Below, in pieces: positions 9,778 to 20,322 of a stretch of 64,000 nt of DNA; the stretch's first letter is position 1, and each line of letters starts with the position of its first letter. Below the pieces are notes generated by a model, which worked only from the letters and a program-made list of their open reading frames with translations, did no database searches and had not been told where the DNA came from. The translations under genes and the position numbers were made by a program. The stretch covers positions 352,001 through 416,000 of the forward strand of contig CAVYNH010000007.1 of assembly GCA_963769885.1 (NCBI GenBank). The letters run 5' to 3'. Origin of the DNA: Methanobacteriota archaeon (GTDB lineage Archaea > Thermoplasmatota > E2 > DHVEG-1).

Positions 9778-10671
9778 GTGTATCTGGTGTCAGAGAGCCC
9801 GCCCAAAAAAAAGGAAGACCTCGAGCAAATCAAGAATGCGGAGAAGAAGTACCAAGCTCTCATCGACAAACGAAACGAACTCAACGCCTTAGCGAAACTC
9901 TCCCGCGACGAACGCGACATGCTCAACCAAAAACGCAAGGAACTCCGCGACGCCATGGACGTCTGCAAGACCGAGCGCGACAAGCTCGTCAAACAAATGA
10001 AGGAACATAAGGAGAAACGCACCCGGTACCAACAGCAAGCAAAAGACCTCATCACCGCGAAACGCAAGAAAAAAGGCGACGTCATCAAGAACCTCCCACT
10101 TCAAGCCGAGGAACTCAAAGCCGACATCCAGCTCCTCGAATACGAGCAAGAAACCACACCTATGGACACCCGCGCCGAGAACAAGCTCATCGACAAAATC
10201 AAGCTAAAACGCCGCGAATACAAAGCCCTCAAAGTGCAACTCGAAAAACAGCACCTCATCGAAACCGACCTCTCCGACGTCGACAAGGCTATCACCGACC
10301 TCTTCAAGAAGGCAGACGAAGAGCACAAACAAGTCGTCCACTTCTACGAAGCAAGCCAAAAGAAGCACGAGGAGTTCCTCAAAGTCGTCAACGAAATCGC
10401 CACCCTCATCACCGAATCCAACAAGAAACACAAACAATACATGGAAATCAAAGACGAGGCGCAAAGCAACCACGACAAAGCCTTCGAGATGCGCTCCAAA
10501 ATCATCGGGGCCAAGAAAGAGCGGATGCAGCGCTTCCAGGAGGCCAGGGAGATCCTCCGAAACCAAAACATCCTGGCAAAAAAGGCGCTCACCGACGAAA
10601 CCAAACTCGACAAGGCCGCCGAAGACTCCGTCACAGCCCTCAAGAACGGCAAAAAGATCTCCCTCACGTAA
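9778..10671 (+). CDS. Archaeal coiled-coil protein (COG1340-like), paralog 1
   Basis: K/E-rich heptads, 'KRNELN...ERDMLN', 'LEYEQETTPM', C-terminal 'LKNGKKISL'; start may be GTG 9787. Confidence 0.8.
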   Translation: MYLVSESPPKKKEDLEQIKNAEKKYQALIDKRNELNALAKLSRDERDMLNQKRKELRDAMDVCKTERDKLVKQMKEHKEKRTRYQQQAKDLITAKRKKKGDVIKNLPLQAEELKADIQLLEYEQETTPMDTRAENKLIDKIKLKRREYKALKVQLEKQHLIETDLSDVDKAITDLFKKADEEHKQVVHFYEASQKKHEEFLKVVNEIATLITESNKKHKQYMEIKDEAQSNHDKAFEMRSKIIGAKKERMQRFQEAREILRNQNILAKKALTDETKLDKAAEDSVTALKNGKKISLT

Positions 10672-10755
10672 TCTCCCCCCTTCTTTTATCGACAGTTGCC
10701 GAATCCTGAGCGGTACCTTTAAGTACTATTTTTTATTTGCCAATCAAGGTTCAAT

Positions 10756-11805
10756 ATGGAAAAAATCGGAATTGTCAGTTATGGAGCCTACATCCCCCGC
10801 TATCGGATCAAAGCCGAGGTCATCGCCTCGGTCTGGGGCAAAGACGGCCAGGCCATCAGCAAAGGCCTCGGCGTCAACGAAAAATCCGTCCCCTCCATAG
10901 ACGAGGATACCGCAACCATCAGCGTCGAGGCAGCCCGAGCTGCCCTCCGACGCTGCCAGATCAACCCCCAAGACATCGGCGCAATCTACGTCGGCAGCGA
11001 ATCACACCCTTATGCAGTCAAACCCACCGGCACCATCGTCGCCGAAGCCATCAGCGCGACCCCGATGGTCATGGTCGCGGACTACGAGTTCGCCTGCAAG
11101 GCAGGGACCGCTGCAATCCAAACCTGCGCCGGTTTCGTCGCCGCTGGCATGATTGATTACGGGTTCGCCATCGGGGCAGACACTTCTCAGGCCGCGCCCG
11201 GCGATGCCCTCGAATATACCGCATCCGCGGGCGGTGCAGCATTCCTTATTGGAAAGAAAAATGTGATCACGACGATAAATCATACGCTCTCGTACACTAC
11301 GGATACTCCTGATTTCTGGCGTCGCGCTGAAATGAAATACCCTTCCCATGGTGGTCGATTCACCGGCGAGCCCGCCTACTTCAAACACATCACGAACTGC
11401 GCCATAGCCCTGATGCAGAAAGCAAAGACCCGCCCAGAGGACTACACCTATGCGGTATTCCATCAGCCCAATGGTAAGTTCCCCCTCAATGTCGCAAAGA
11501 AACTCGGGTTCACCCCCGAACAGGTCAAACAAGGCCTCCTTGTCCCCTATATTGGGAACACCTATTCCGGGGCATCTATGGTCGGGCTCGCCTCCGTCCT
11601 GGATGTCGCCAAACCAGGGGATCGGATTTTCATGACCAGCTATGGATCGGGAGCCGGCAGCGATGGATTCGATTTCACGGTCACTGACGAGATCTCCTCC
11701 CTCGCCCGTCACAAGGCGCCGACCGTAGCGGAATTGGTTGAGCATAAGAAGTACATCGATTACGGTACATATTCAAAAATCACCAAATTGCTCTTTTTGG
11801 AGTGA
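10756..11805 (+). CDS. Archaeal hydroxymethylglutaryl-CoA synthase
   Basis: [29 protein letters not shown] (catalytic Cys), [15 protein letters not shown]. Confidence 0.95.
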   Translation: MEKIGIVSYGAYIPRYRIKAEVIASVWGKDGQAISKGLGVNEKSVPSIDEDTATISVEAARAALRRCQINPQDIGAIYVGSESHPYAVKPTGTIVAEAISATPMVMVADYEFACKAGTAAIQTCAGFVAAGMIDYGFAIGADTSQAAPGDALEYTASAGGAAFLIGKKNVITTINHTLSYTTDTPDFWRRAEMKYPSHGGRFTGEPAYFKHITNCAIALMQKAKTRPEDYTYAVFHQPNGKFPLNVAKKLGFTPEQVKQGLLVPYIGNTYSGASMVGLASVLDVAKPGDRIFMTSYGSGAGSDGFDFTVTDEISSLARHKAPTVAELVEHKKYIDYGTYSKITKLLFLE

Positions 11806-11812
11806 TGCAAAT

Positions 11813-12979
11813 ATGAGAGATGTAGTAGTTATCGGAGTCGGGTTGACGAAATTCGGAGAACACTGGGACCGCAGTTTCCGTCAGCTCATCGCAGAAGCCG
11901 GCTCGAAGGCAATCCTTGACGCCGGCATCGAAGGCAAAGACATCGACGCCATGTATGTTGGGTCTATGAGCTCCGGTCGGTTCGTCGATCAGGAACACGT
12001 CGGAGCATTGGTCGCAGAGGTCTCCGGCTTCTCCCAAATGCATATCCCCGCAACTCGAGTCGAAGGCGCCTGTGCCTCAGGTGGTCTCGCGGTCCGAGAG
12101 GGATTCCTGTCGATCGCCTCCGGGATGAATGACGTGGTTGTCGTCGGCGGCATCGAGAAAATGAGTGATGTCGGCGGCACCGCTGCAACCGAGACCCTCG
12201 CCACCGCCGCTGACCAAGAATGGGAGGCATTCTTCGGGGCGACATTTCCGGGGATTTACGCGATGATCGCCACGCGCCATATGCATGAATATGGGACGAC
12301 CCGGGAGCAGCTCGCGCAAGTCGCGGTGAAGAACCATGCCAACGGGGCGCTGAACCCCTATGCCCAGTATCAATCCCCAATCAGCTTGGAATCGGTGCTC
12401 CGGGCGACGATGGTGGCTTATCCGTTGGGTTTGATGGATTGCTCTCCGGTCAGCGACGGGGCGGCTTCGATTGTGTTGTGCGCTGCGGAGAAGGCGAAGA
12501 AGTACACAGACAAACTCGTGCGCATCGCTGCATCGGGACAGGCCTCTGATACCCTCGCGCTCCATGCGCGACGGGATTTATGCACGCTTGATGCAACTGT
12601 GCACGCGGCCCGAATGGCGTACAAGCAGGCGAAGGTCACGGCTAAGCAGATTGATTTCGCTGAGGTCCATGATTGCTTCACCATCGCGGAGATCTGCGCG
12701 GTCGAGGATCTCGGCTTCGTAGAGAAAGGCCAGGGAGGTCATGCGATTGAGAACGAGATCACGACGTTGAAAGGGTCCCTGCCAGTGAACACCAGCGGAG
12801 GCTTGAAAGCGAAGGGCCACCCCGTCGGCGCAACAGGCGTCGCTCAGATCGTGGAGGTGGTGTTGCAGCTGCGCGGCGACGCCGGCAAGCGGCAAGTAAA
12901 GGATGCGAAACGAGGCTTGGCCCATAACGTCGGCGGCTCAGGTGCCACCTGCGCCGTTCATATCCTGGAGGCGATGTAG
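11813..12979 (+). CDS. Acetoacetyl-CoA thiolase
   Basis: [38 protein letters not shown]; start ATG 11813. Confidence 0.95.
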   Translation: MRDVVVIGVGLTKFGEHWDRSFRQLIAEAGSKAILDAGIEGKDIDAMYVGSMSSGRFVDQEHVGALVAEVSGFSQMHIPATRVEGACASGGLAVREGFLSIASGMNDVVVVGGIEKMSDVGGTAATETLATAADQEWEAFFGATFPGIYAMIATRHMHEYGTTREQLAQVAVKNHANGALNPYAQYQSPISLESVLRATMVAYPLGLMDCSPVSDGAASIVLCAAEKAKKYTDKLVRIAASGQASDTLALHARRDLCTLDATVHAARMAYKQAKVTAKQIDFAEVHDCFTIAEICAVEDLGFVEKGQGGHAIENEITTLKGSLPVNTSGGLKAKGHPVGATGVAQIVEVVLQLRGDAGKRQVKDAKRGLAHNVGGSGATCAVHILEAM

Positions 12980-12980
12980 A

Positions 12981-13388
12981 ATGAAAGAAGGCGTTGCCCG
13001 GTTCTGGCGAGAGATCCCCCAGCGGTACAACTTCATAGCGAATACCTGTAGCTCCTGCGAGCGAATATTCTTCCCACCCCGTGAGTCGTGCCCCTATTGC
13101 CGGCGTAAGAGCATGGGGAAGATGAAGGAATGCCAGCTCTCCGGCCGCGGAGAGGTTGTCTCTTATACAGTGATCCATGTGGGTCCGGAGGATTTTGAAG
13201 AACAGGTCCCGTACCCGATCGCGATCATTCAGCTCGAGGAAGGCCCGCGAGTCACAGGGCAGATCGTGGACTGTGAGCCCGATGATGTTAAGATTGGCCT
13301 GAAAGTCGAGAGCACCTTCCGCAAGATCCAGCAGGACGGCCTCACCGGCGCCATCTATTACGGCTATAAATTCAAAAAAGCAAGATAA
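12981..13388 (+). CDS. DUF35 Zn-ribbon/OB-fold scaffold of the thiolase-HMGS complex
   Basis: CSSC..FFPPRESCPYC plus OB fold, 'IYYGYKF'; canonical archaeal operon context. Confidence 0.92.
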   Translation: MKEGVARFWREIPQRYNFIANTCSSCERIFFPPRESCPYCRRKSMGKMKECQLSGRGEVVSYTVIHVGPEDFEEQVPYPIAIIQLEEGPRVTGQIVDCEPDDVKIGLKVESTFRKIQQDGLTGAIYYGYKFKKAR

Positions 13389-13395
13389 GACCGTC

Positions 13396-13460
13396 TTTTT
13401 TTCCTTTTTTTATTCTTTCTTAACTCTGTTTTATAGCTGAGAAAAAGGAAAAAGAAAAAA
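13396..13460. terminator. Bidirectional oligo-T terminator region
   Basis: T-tracts at 13396-13421 and A-tracts at 13442-13460 between convergent genes. Confidence 0.6.
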
Positions 13461-13478
13461 GGGGGGGACGCCTGGTTG

Positions 13479-16400
13479 TTAGGCGTCAATGGGGACTGGT
13501 GAGCTCCACTCGGGGCTGTAGACGACGAGGCTTGGGTCGCCGTAGATGACCTGGATGGAGGAGACCGTCATGCTTGCGGGGCCATACATCGAGGTTGGGT
13601 CACCGGTCGTGAAGTCACGGTAGTGGAGCCAGACTTGGTCAGCGAAGGCTTCACCGATAGAAACGCCGTGTAACAGCGTGAGTTTGAAGACTTCGTCGTC
13701 TCCAATGTCTGCTTCTGGACACAGGCCGGTGTTCCCGTTCCCATACCAGATGGCTGCCCCATGATCCATGAAGACCAGAGGCCCATCACCGTCACCAGTC
13801 GTACAGGACATATAGAAGACCACGTTGCTGTGGAGGTTGTCGAAGTACTGGTCCACCCATTTGTAGTGGATGAGGTCGTAGAGCTCAGGTGGCTCCGGGT
13901 TGAACCAGGTCCAGCCGCCGTCTCGTGGGGTCTTCCACGCATCATACATGTAGCCGCGCCAGCCATCCCACCAGACTTGGTCCGGGTAGGTCGAGTAGTT
14001 GGTCTGGGGATACATCGAGGACATGCCACTACCGCCAGTCCCATGGCCGGAGTAATAATACACGCTGGCGCCGTTGTTCATTAGGGCGATGAAGGGAGCC
14101 CAGAAGCTGTGTCCTTCATAGGTCCTGAGGTGGGAGGCGAAGGTGTTTTTCACCACTCGAGAGGAGTATGCCGGATAGCTATGATGGTCGTTGAGTGTGA
14201 AGGATGTCCCATCGGGGAAGTTCATGAGTGTGGTTGTTGTGGTGTTTCTTCCTGGGTTCGCGTAGATCAGTGCGGGGTAAAGGATGTCTCTGACGACGAT
14301 GTCGCTGGAGTAGGCGGGGGTGATGCCAGGGATGTCTCCCGCGTAGGAGTTGTTGCCCATGAGCAAGGAGTGCAGCTCCATGTTGATGTCGTTGCGTGGG
14401 GCGACCACGGCGTACGCTTCTTTGCCGGTGCGGTCAAGCCCAAGGCTTGTTATATAGCCATGGGTTTCGTTGAACATCTCCTCGTTCCAGTAGCGTTTTG
14501 CGTCCATGCCGAGTGGCGGCAGGGAACTGAAGTTAGTCTTGTTGAGAAGGAACTTCAGGAAGGTGAACATCAACTTCAGGCGGTTCTGATCAACTGGCGC
14601 GGAGGCTTCAGGCATGTGGCCGTTGGCGCGGGAACCGTGGTAGTAGTCCCCGTCCCAGCGCTGCCAGGCTTCGATCCGCTCCGCGATTGCGGCGGGGTCG
14701 CCGTCGGGGCAATCCTCGACGCGGATGACGGGGGCGCCGTGGTAGGCCGCGAGCATCGCCGCGGGGGCTGCGTATCCATCCCCCGTCTTTAACGAGGTCA
14801 CTACGATGTAGTTCTCAGAGGTGGCGGTGTTGCCCTTGATTTCGTCGACGATGTCCTTCATGATTTTGAGGTCCTTGTCGATTGGAAGACTGCCGCGGAC
14901 TCCGGCGCCGATGTTGTTGCGTTCCACGAAGATAACCTTCGTAACTCCAAGTGTGGTGAACGCGCTCGCGGTCGCCGCGGGGACGCTATTCTTTGTGACG
15001 TAGAGCAATGGGTAGTGATTCAGTGAGGCGATCACGGCGGCGTTCGCTGCGGAGATTGCGGCGTCAGCGCGGTCAGCGTTGATGGTCCGGACGGTGGTCG
15101 TGAGGGTATATTTTACGTTGGCACCGGTTGGGTTCCGTGGGACGACGATGACGGTCCACCGTCCCTTTTCAGGATGCAGGACTTGGGCGCTGAACTGGGT
15201 ATGGGGTGCGGGGTTCCAGCATCTCCATGGGTTCACCGCTGGGTTTTCCAGGCCGTTCCATACATGGACTGGGTTGACGGGCCCGTTCCAGGCTGGTGGG
15301 ATCGGCTGGCGCAGGTTTCCCTGTGGGTCAACGAGGAAGACCATCAGGTCAGCCGCCGTGTCGGTGGTGACGGTTGCGGTGAGGACAGCGTCATTGGGGC
15401 TGACTTTGACGTGGTAGCGGTCTCCTTCGAACTTGGTGACGGTAAGCTTGTCGTAGAGGGCGGTGTTGAGGCCGCTGAGGGCTGACCAGAAGCCAGCGCG
15501 AGTGATGGGCATGTAGATGTCGCTCGCGTCGCCGTGGCCGTCATAGGGGACGGGCCAGTCGTCTGAGGCAATAGAGATATACTTGGGGAACACCTGGGTG
15601 AGCATCGCGCCGGCGTCGTTTCCGTTGGTGGTGATGATGCCGGAGCAGTTGACCGCAATGGCACCCCACTTGGGTCCAATGAACGCCATGTAGCCGAAGC
15701 CGCTCTTCAGGACTGGGTCATCGTTCTCGATAACCTTGACGTCAACATTCCTGGTGAGGGTCTTTGTCTTCTTCAGCACGGTGCGGGTCGTGTCTTTGTA
15801 GCCGCTCCCGTCGACGGCGACGACCGCGGTCTGCGAGGAGTTCCAGCCGTGGATAGCGATGTCGGCCGCTGCCTGGATGGGGTCTGAGAGGACCGTGTAC
15901 TGAGTCGCGTTCTTCCCATACAAAGCCAGGTAGGCGTTCCAGTCGTTGACGAGGTACTGAGTGGTGTCGTCGACGACGCCGAAGCTGGTCGTGTCGTCGT
16001 AGTAAGCGGTGGGGGTCTGATCACCGGAATAGACGATGGGGGCGACGTAGCGCATGCCACCGGAGATGTAGTTGCAGGCGGGGATTGATGCGAAGTAGCC
16101 GTATTCATCGCTGCTGCCAGAGGCGTTGTTGGGGATGATGAAGGTCTTAGCGATCGGCGTAATTTGAGGCTCAGGAATTGATGAGTATGGCGGCGTCCCT
16201 GAGGATTTGAGGGTGAGGGTGAGGTTGTAGGGCCCGGAGCCGTAGGAGTAGTATTTCCATTCGGTTGGGTGGGGGCAGTCGACCCAGCCGGGGAAGATGT
16301 CGATGCGGGCGTACCAGTAGCCGGTCTCGTTGGCTTGGTAGTCGAAGGCGTCGTCAAGATATGCACGGCTGTAGTAGACGAGGGCGCCGGTGGTGTTATA

Positions 16401-17201
16401 GAGGCTGGCGTCGAAATCGGTGAGGTAGGCGAGGGTTTTCATGGTGAGGCTGAGGTTGATGTACTGCCCGGAGGTGACCTGGAATTTGTACCAGTCGTAG
16501 GAGTCATTCATATCCAGCCAGCCGTTGATGGTGCCGGGGGTAATAGGCCAAGCGCCGCTGCGGATGTTGCTGACGTCGCCGTTGCTGTTAGCATCGTTTT
16601 GGGTTAGCATATTGGCGCTAAAGTGGTATTGTCCCTGTCCGGTGCCGTTGATAAAGCGGAAGATCACGTAGATCTTCGAGACCTGGGGCGCGGTGTAGAG
16701 GAGGTCTTCTGTCGCGGACCCAGGGAGGGTGGAGTTCTGGAGGAGATTGCCGCTAGCGTCGTAGAGGCCGGCGTCGAAGTTGAAGCTGCTGGGCGGCGTC
16801 ATGGTGATGTGGATTTGCTGGCCTTTTGCGATACGGATGGAGTAGCAATCGGCGAGGTCTGTGGGGGATAGTTTCCCGCTACGGCCGCGGCCTGAGGTAT
16901 TGTCGATGAGTTCGCCCACATAGATGACTGTGGCGTGGGCAATGTCATTTCCGGCGTCGCGTTTCCATCCGGCGTCGTCGTTGTCCCCGGTGTTGGTGGA
17001 GGCGGGGTTATCGTCGCGCAGGATATAGCTGCGGTCGAGGACGAATGGTCCGTCGCTGTCAAAGCTATAATAAGGCCCGTTGGTGGTTGAGGGCGTGGCG
17101 TGGTGTGATCCTGCGGGCATGATGAATCCGGTGCCCAGCAGGATGAAACAAAGCATAGCTGCTTCTATTATTGTTTTTATGGAATTGCGTTTATAAACCA
17201 T
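13479..17201 (-). CDS. Secreted gingipain-like (peptidase C25, clan CD) protein with PPC-like domains and cell-wall-binding-2-like segments
   Basis: Signal peptide; PPC-like 'DxxDxY...G..I.I.M.PP..FNFD..LY' repeats; 'YYYSGHG' and 'YMSCTTG' His/Cys dyad; terminal 'IYGDPSL'. Confidence 0.75.
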   Translation of the reverse strand: MVYKRNSIKTIIEAAMLCFILLGTGFIMPAGSHHATPSTTNGPYYSFDSDGPFVLDRSYILRDDNPASTNTGDNDDAGWKRDAGNDIAHATVIYVGELIDNTSGRGRSGKLSPTDLADCYSIRIAKGQQIHITMTPPSSFNFDAGLYDASGNLLQNSTLPGSATEDLLYTAPQVSKIYVIFRFINGTGQGQYHFSANMLTQNDANSNGDVSNIRSGAWPITPGTINGWLDMNDSYDWYKFQVTSGQYINLSLTMKTLAYLTDFDASLYNTTGALVYYSRAYLDDAFDYQANETGYWYARIDIFPGWVDCPHPTEWKYYSYGSGPYNLTLTLKSSGTPPYSSIPEPQITPIAKTFIIPNNASGSSDEYGYFASIPACNYISGGMRYVAPIVYSGDQTPTAYYDDTTSFGVVDDTTQYLVNDWNAYLALYGKNATQYTVLSDPIQAAADIAIHGWNSSQTAVVAVDGSGYKDTTRTVLKKTKTLTRNVDVKVIENDDPVLKSGFGYMAFIGPKWGAIAVNCSGIITTNGNDAGAMLTQVFPKYISIASDDWPVPYDGHGDASDIYMPITRAGFWSALSGLNTALYDKLTVTKFEGDRYHVKVSPNDAVLTATVTTDTAADLMVFLVDPQGNLRQPIPPAWNGPVNPVHVWNGLENPAVNPWRCWNPAPHTQFSAQVLHPEKGRWTVIVVPRNPTGANVKYTLTTTVRTINADRADAAISAANAAVIASLNHYPLLYVTKNSVPAATASAFTTLGVTKVIFVERNNIGAGVRGSLPIDKDLKIMKDIVDEIKGNTATSENYIVVTSLKTGDGYAAPAAMLAAYHGAPVIRVEDCPDGDPAAIAERIEAWQRWDGDYYHGSRANGHMPEASAPVDQNRLKLMFTFLKFLLNKTNFSSLPPLGMDAKRYWNEEMFNETHGYITSLGLDRTGKEAYAVVAPRNDINMELHSLLMGNNSYAGDIPGITPAYSSDIVVRDILYPALIYANPGRNTTTTTLMNFPDGTSFTLNDHHSYPAYSSRVVKNTFASHLRTYEGHSFWAPFIALMNNGASVYYYSGHGTGGSGMSSMYPQTNYSTYPDQVWWDGWRGYMYDAWKTPRDGGWTWFNPEPPELYDLIHYKWVDQYFDNLHSNVVFYMSCTTGDGDGPLVFMDHGAAIWYGNGNTGLCPEADIGDDEVFKLTLLHGVSIGEAFADQVWLHYRDFTTGDPTSMYGPASMTVSSIQVIYGDPSLVVYSPEWSSPVPIDA

Positions 17202-17353
17202 GGTTGACCCCCTTTTTATTCATAATATATGTAACGACTATATATAAATTTCTATGTGTTTTTTTGTACGTTTTCGTGGAGGATGGCTGGGGCAATTATG
17301 TTTATTAATCCATGAGAGTTTGAAGGTTGTCACTGGTGCTGGAGGGATGTCGG

Positions 17354-18052
17354 ATGGCTGCGGCGTGGGCGTCGTTGGCGGTGTTGGTCGGTTTTTTTGT
17401 GGCGGTCGCGTATCTCATGTTCTTGATTGTGCGGCGAGCGTTTCGGTCGATGGGGTTTACGACGCTAGAGGCAGTGATGATCGTCGGGGCGTCGTTTCTT
17501 TTGGGGTATGGGATCTTGGATGGGGTGGTGGGGGTGCCGTTGTCGGCGTTGCCGTTGTTCTCGTATGGGTCGTCGTGGGTGGTCGCGGTGAATGTGGGAG
17601 GCGCGGTGGTCCCGGTGGTGCTGAGCGGGTATTTGATTATTAAGTATCGGTTATCGGCGGGGCTGGTGGCGCTAGGCGTGATGCTGGTGGGTGTGGCCGC
17701 GTTTGTGGTGACGGCGCCGGATCCGCAGCGGGGGATCGTGGCGGGGTTCCCGTGGTGGCTGGCGCCGGTAGTGGTGGCGAGCCTCGGCTCAGTGGTGTTG
17801 ATGCGTGGGAGGGAGGAGCGGGCGGCGCCGTTGGCGTACGTAATCGGGGTCTGTGGGGTGTTGGTGGGGGCGGACGTGGTGCATCTGGTGAGTCTGCTGC
17901 AGATGCCGGTGGAGGGGGTGCGGACGGCGGTAATCGGGGGGGCGAGTGTGTTTGATATGGTGTTTACGACGGGGTTGTTGGCGGTCCTGCTGGATGGTCT
18001 ATTGGTGGTGCAGCGGGGGAAGAAGAAGGAGGAAGAGGTGGGGTCTGGTTAG
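17354..18052 (+). CDS. DUF1614 family membrane protein
   Basis: 'AVNVGGAVVP', 'APLAYVIGVCGVLVGAD', 'IGGASVFD'; SD GGAGG at 17341. Confidence 0.8.
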   Translation: MAAAWASLAVLVGFFVAVAYLMFLIVRRAFRSMGFTTLEAVMIVGASFLLGYGILDGVVGVPLSALPLFSYGSSWVVAVNVGGAVVPVVLSGYLIIKYRLSAGLVALGVMLVGVAAFVVTAPDPQRGIVAGFPWWLAPVVVASLGSVVLMRGREERAAPLAYVIGVCGVLVGADVVHLVSLLQMPVEGVRTAVIGGASVFDMVFTTGLLAVLLDGLLVVQRGKKKEEEVGSG

Positions 18053-18525
18053 TGGTGGTGTGGCCCGTGTCTCATGCCCCAGGGGGCCCACATGGCGCCC
18101 ATGATGCCGCCGAAGAGAAGGATGGCGATGATGAGGATCGCGATGTTTTGGTAGATTGAGTAGCCGCCAGCGTAGAAGAAGAACCAGTAGATGAGGCCGA
18201 CGAGGATGGCGACGACGATGACCCCGGAGGCCCAGGTGCGCCAGCGGAACCCGGACTGCATCCATTGGTCGCGGTCTTTGTCTCTCCAGAAGCGTCTACT
18301 CCATATCGCCCAGGGGACGCCGAGGATAAAGAAGAGGACTAGGAGGGAGGCGAGGATGATGGCCACGTTCTGGTAGCCGTTGTATTTGGTGGCGTAGAAG
18401 AACAGCCAGATGATGATGAAGATGAGCCAGCCGACGGCGACAGCGATCGAAAGGGAAACCCGCCAGCCCATGCCTTCCATGGGTGGGGGTGTGATGGCAG
18501 CCTTGGGCTCCTCTGAGGGTTGCAT
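18049..18525 (-). CDS. 4-TM membrane protein with an internal duplication
   Basis: Two copies of WR..S....WxFFYA..Y..YQN.AI....W..W. Confidence 0.75.
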   Translation of the reverse strand: MQPSEEPKAAITPPPMEGMGWRVSLSIAVAVGWLIFIIIWLFFYATKYNGYQNVAIILASLLVLFFILGVPWAIWSRRFWRDKDRDQWMQSGFRWRTWASGVIVVAILVGLIYWFFFYAGGYSIYQNIAILIIAILLFGGIMGAMWAPWGMRHGPHHH

Positions 18526-18735
18526 GGTTCTGACCTCACCAGGCCTCCCTCATGGCCATGCCGGTATTTAAATCTACCATGCGGGATGATGCCAGGGTGG
18601 ATGCCGGCGGGGTGGCCGGGGGAGGTTCGAGGGTTGGAGCCGGGAGGCTCAGCGGCGGCGTCTTCTGGGGTCGAGCCAACAAACTTTTTAAATAACCGGT
18701 ATATTTTACCCGTCAAGTTTTTCCTGAGGCAGACA

Positions 18736-19773
18736 ATGGACGAAGAACCTACTGAGCCCGCCGAACCCGTTGAACCGACCGCGCCTCCCGAGGCTACGGA
18801 GGCCAGCGACCAGCCTGATGAATCGACCGAGTCTTCTGAAGAGCCCACGGAGCAGACCGAGCCAGAATCCCCAGAGGCCGAAGTGGAGGCGGAGGCCGCG
18901 GAGCCGACCGAGAGCATCGAGTCGATGCTCAAGACCAAGGACGAGCTGCAGGTCCGCGCCAACGAGCTGAAACGCAGCCGCGACGAGCTCCACGAGAAAT
19001 CCAAGAAGATGGCCAAGGAACGCGACGAGATCAACGCCAAAGTCCGCCAACTGCGCAACGAGATCAACGACCATAAGAAGAAGCGCGACGAGTACAACGA
19101 GCGCGTCAAGCACGCCAAGGAACAACGCACCGAGTTCACCAAAGGCCACATCGACCTGAAAAAACAGATCAAGGAGCTGGAGAAAGACCGGGTTCAAAGC
19201 TCCGGCGTCAACCTCAACGAACTCAAACAACAACTCAGGAAGATGGAAAACGAGCACATGACCCAGCCGATGACGCCCCAGAAGGAGAAAAAGTTCATCG
19301 ACACCATGAAGGAGCTGCACCACAAGATCAAGTCCCAGGAGGAGACCCTCAACAAGGACCCCAAGCTCAAAAAGGCAATCGACGAGGAAAAACTCCTCAA
19401 ACAAAAAGCCGAAAAAGCCCACGATACCGTCGAGAAGCTCGCCAAGAAAGCCCAGGAAGAACACCAGGCCATGATCGACCTGCTCCAACAACTCGACAAA
19501 TACGTCAAACGCACCACCGAAATCCAGGAGAACATCGTCATCAGCAAGATCGAGGCCGACAAGATCCACAAAGACTTCATCGACCACGTCAACCGGATTC
19601 ACGAACTAGAAAAAACCATTTCCACCACCGAAAAGAAAAAAGAAAAAAAGAAAAAACTCGCGGACGTCACCGCCGCCCAACGCGAGGCGGACAAGATCTT
19701 CGAACGCTTCAAGCGCGGCGAAAAACTCAGCACCGAAGACCTCATGGTCCTCCAAAAAGCAGGACTACTCTAA
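18736..19773 (+). CDS. Archaeal coiled-coil protein (COG1340-like), paralog 2, with acidic E/P-rich N-tail
   Basis: 'RDEL...RDEIN...RDEYN', 'IFERFKRGEKLSTEDLMVLQKAG'; start ATG 18736. Confidence 0.85.
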   Translation: MDEEPTEPAEPVEPTAPPEATEASDQPDESTESSEEPTEQTEPESPEAEVEAEAAEPTESIESMLKTKDELQVRANELKRSRDELHEKSKKMAKERDEINAKVRQLRNEINDHKKKRDEYNERVKHAKEQRTEFTKGHIDLKKQIKELEKDRVQSSGVNLNELKQQLRKMENEHMTQPMTPQKEKKFIDTMKELHHKIKSQEETLNKDPKLKKAIDEEKLLKQKAEKAHDTVEKLAKKAQEEHQAMIDLLQQLDKYVKRTTEIQENIVISKIEADKIHKDFIDHVNRIHELEKTISTTEKKKEKKKKLADVTAAQREADKIFERFKRGEKLSTEDLMVLQKAGLL

Positions 19774-19832
19774 CCCCACCACCCACTCCCCGCCATTTCC
19801 CCTTTCACAATCACCGGTAAGAGGAGAACCGC

Positions 19833-20318
19833 ATGCCCTGCGAACTCTGCGGAAAAGAAACCAAAGGCTGCAAACTCGCCATCATCGACGGCGCCAAGAT
19901 CCGCGTCTGCCCCGACTGCCTCAAATACGCCGAAGGCGTCCCCGAAGAAGCCAAACCCACCCCACCACCAGTCCAACGCTTCATCACCCACCGAACCCGC
20001 CAGACCAAACCCCGCGACATCTACAAAGACATCAACAAAGACCTCATCCCCGGCTGGAACCACAAAATCGAAGACGCCCGCAAACGCAAAGGCCTCACCC
20101 GCCAAGAACTCGGCTTCCGCATCGGCGAACGCACCGTCACCATCCAAAAAATCGAAAACGGCGACCTCCGACCCAGCGACCAAACCATCACCAAACTCGA
20201 AAAAGAACTCCAAATCAAACTCCTCGAAGAACCCACCGCCGACGACAAGACCACCACCCCCGCCACCACACCAACCAGCACCTACACCCTCGGCGACTTC
20301 ATCAAAACCAAAGACTAA
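19833..20318 (+). CDS. mbf1: Archaeal multiprotein bridging factor aMBF1 (Zn-ribbon plus HTH)
   Basis: CELCG...VCPDC, HTH 'RKGLTRQELG..IGE', C-terminal TLGD. Confidence 0.93.
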   Translation: MPCELCGKETKGCKLAIIDGAKIRVCPDCLKYAEGVPEEAKPTPPPVQRFITHRTRQTKPRDIYKDINKDLIPGWNHKIEDARKRKGLTRQELGFRIGERTVTIQKIENGDLRPSDQTITKLEKELQIKLLEEPTADDKTTTPATTPTSTYTLGDFIKTKD

Positions 20319-20322
20319 AAAA

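Noticed and set aside
10756-13388. HMGS-thiolase-DUF35 as a novel system
   Set aside because: This is the well-characterised archaeal mevalonate-entry complex.
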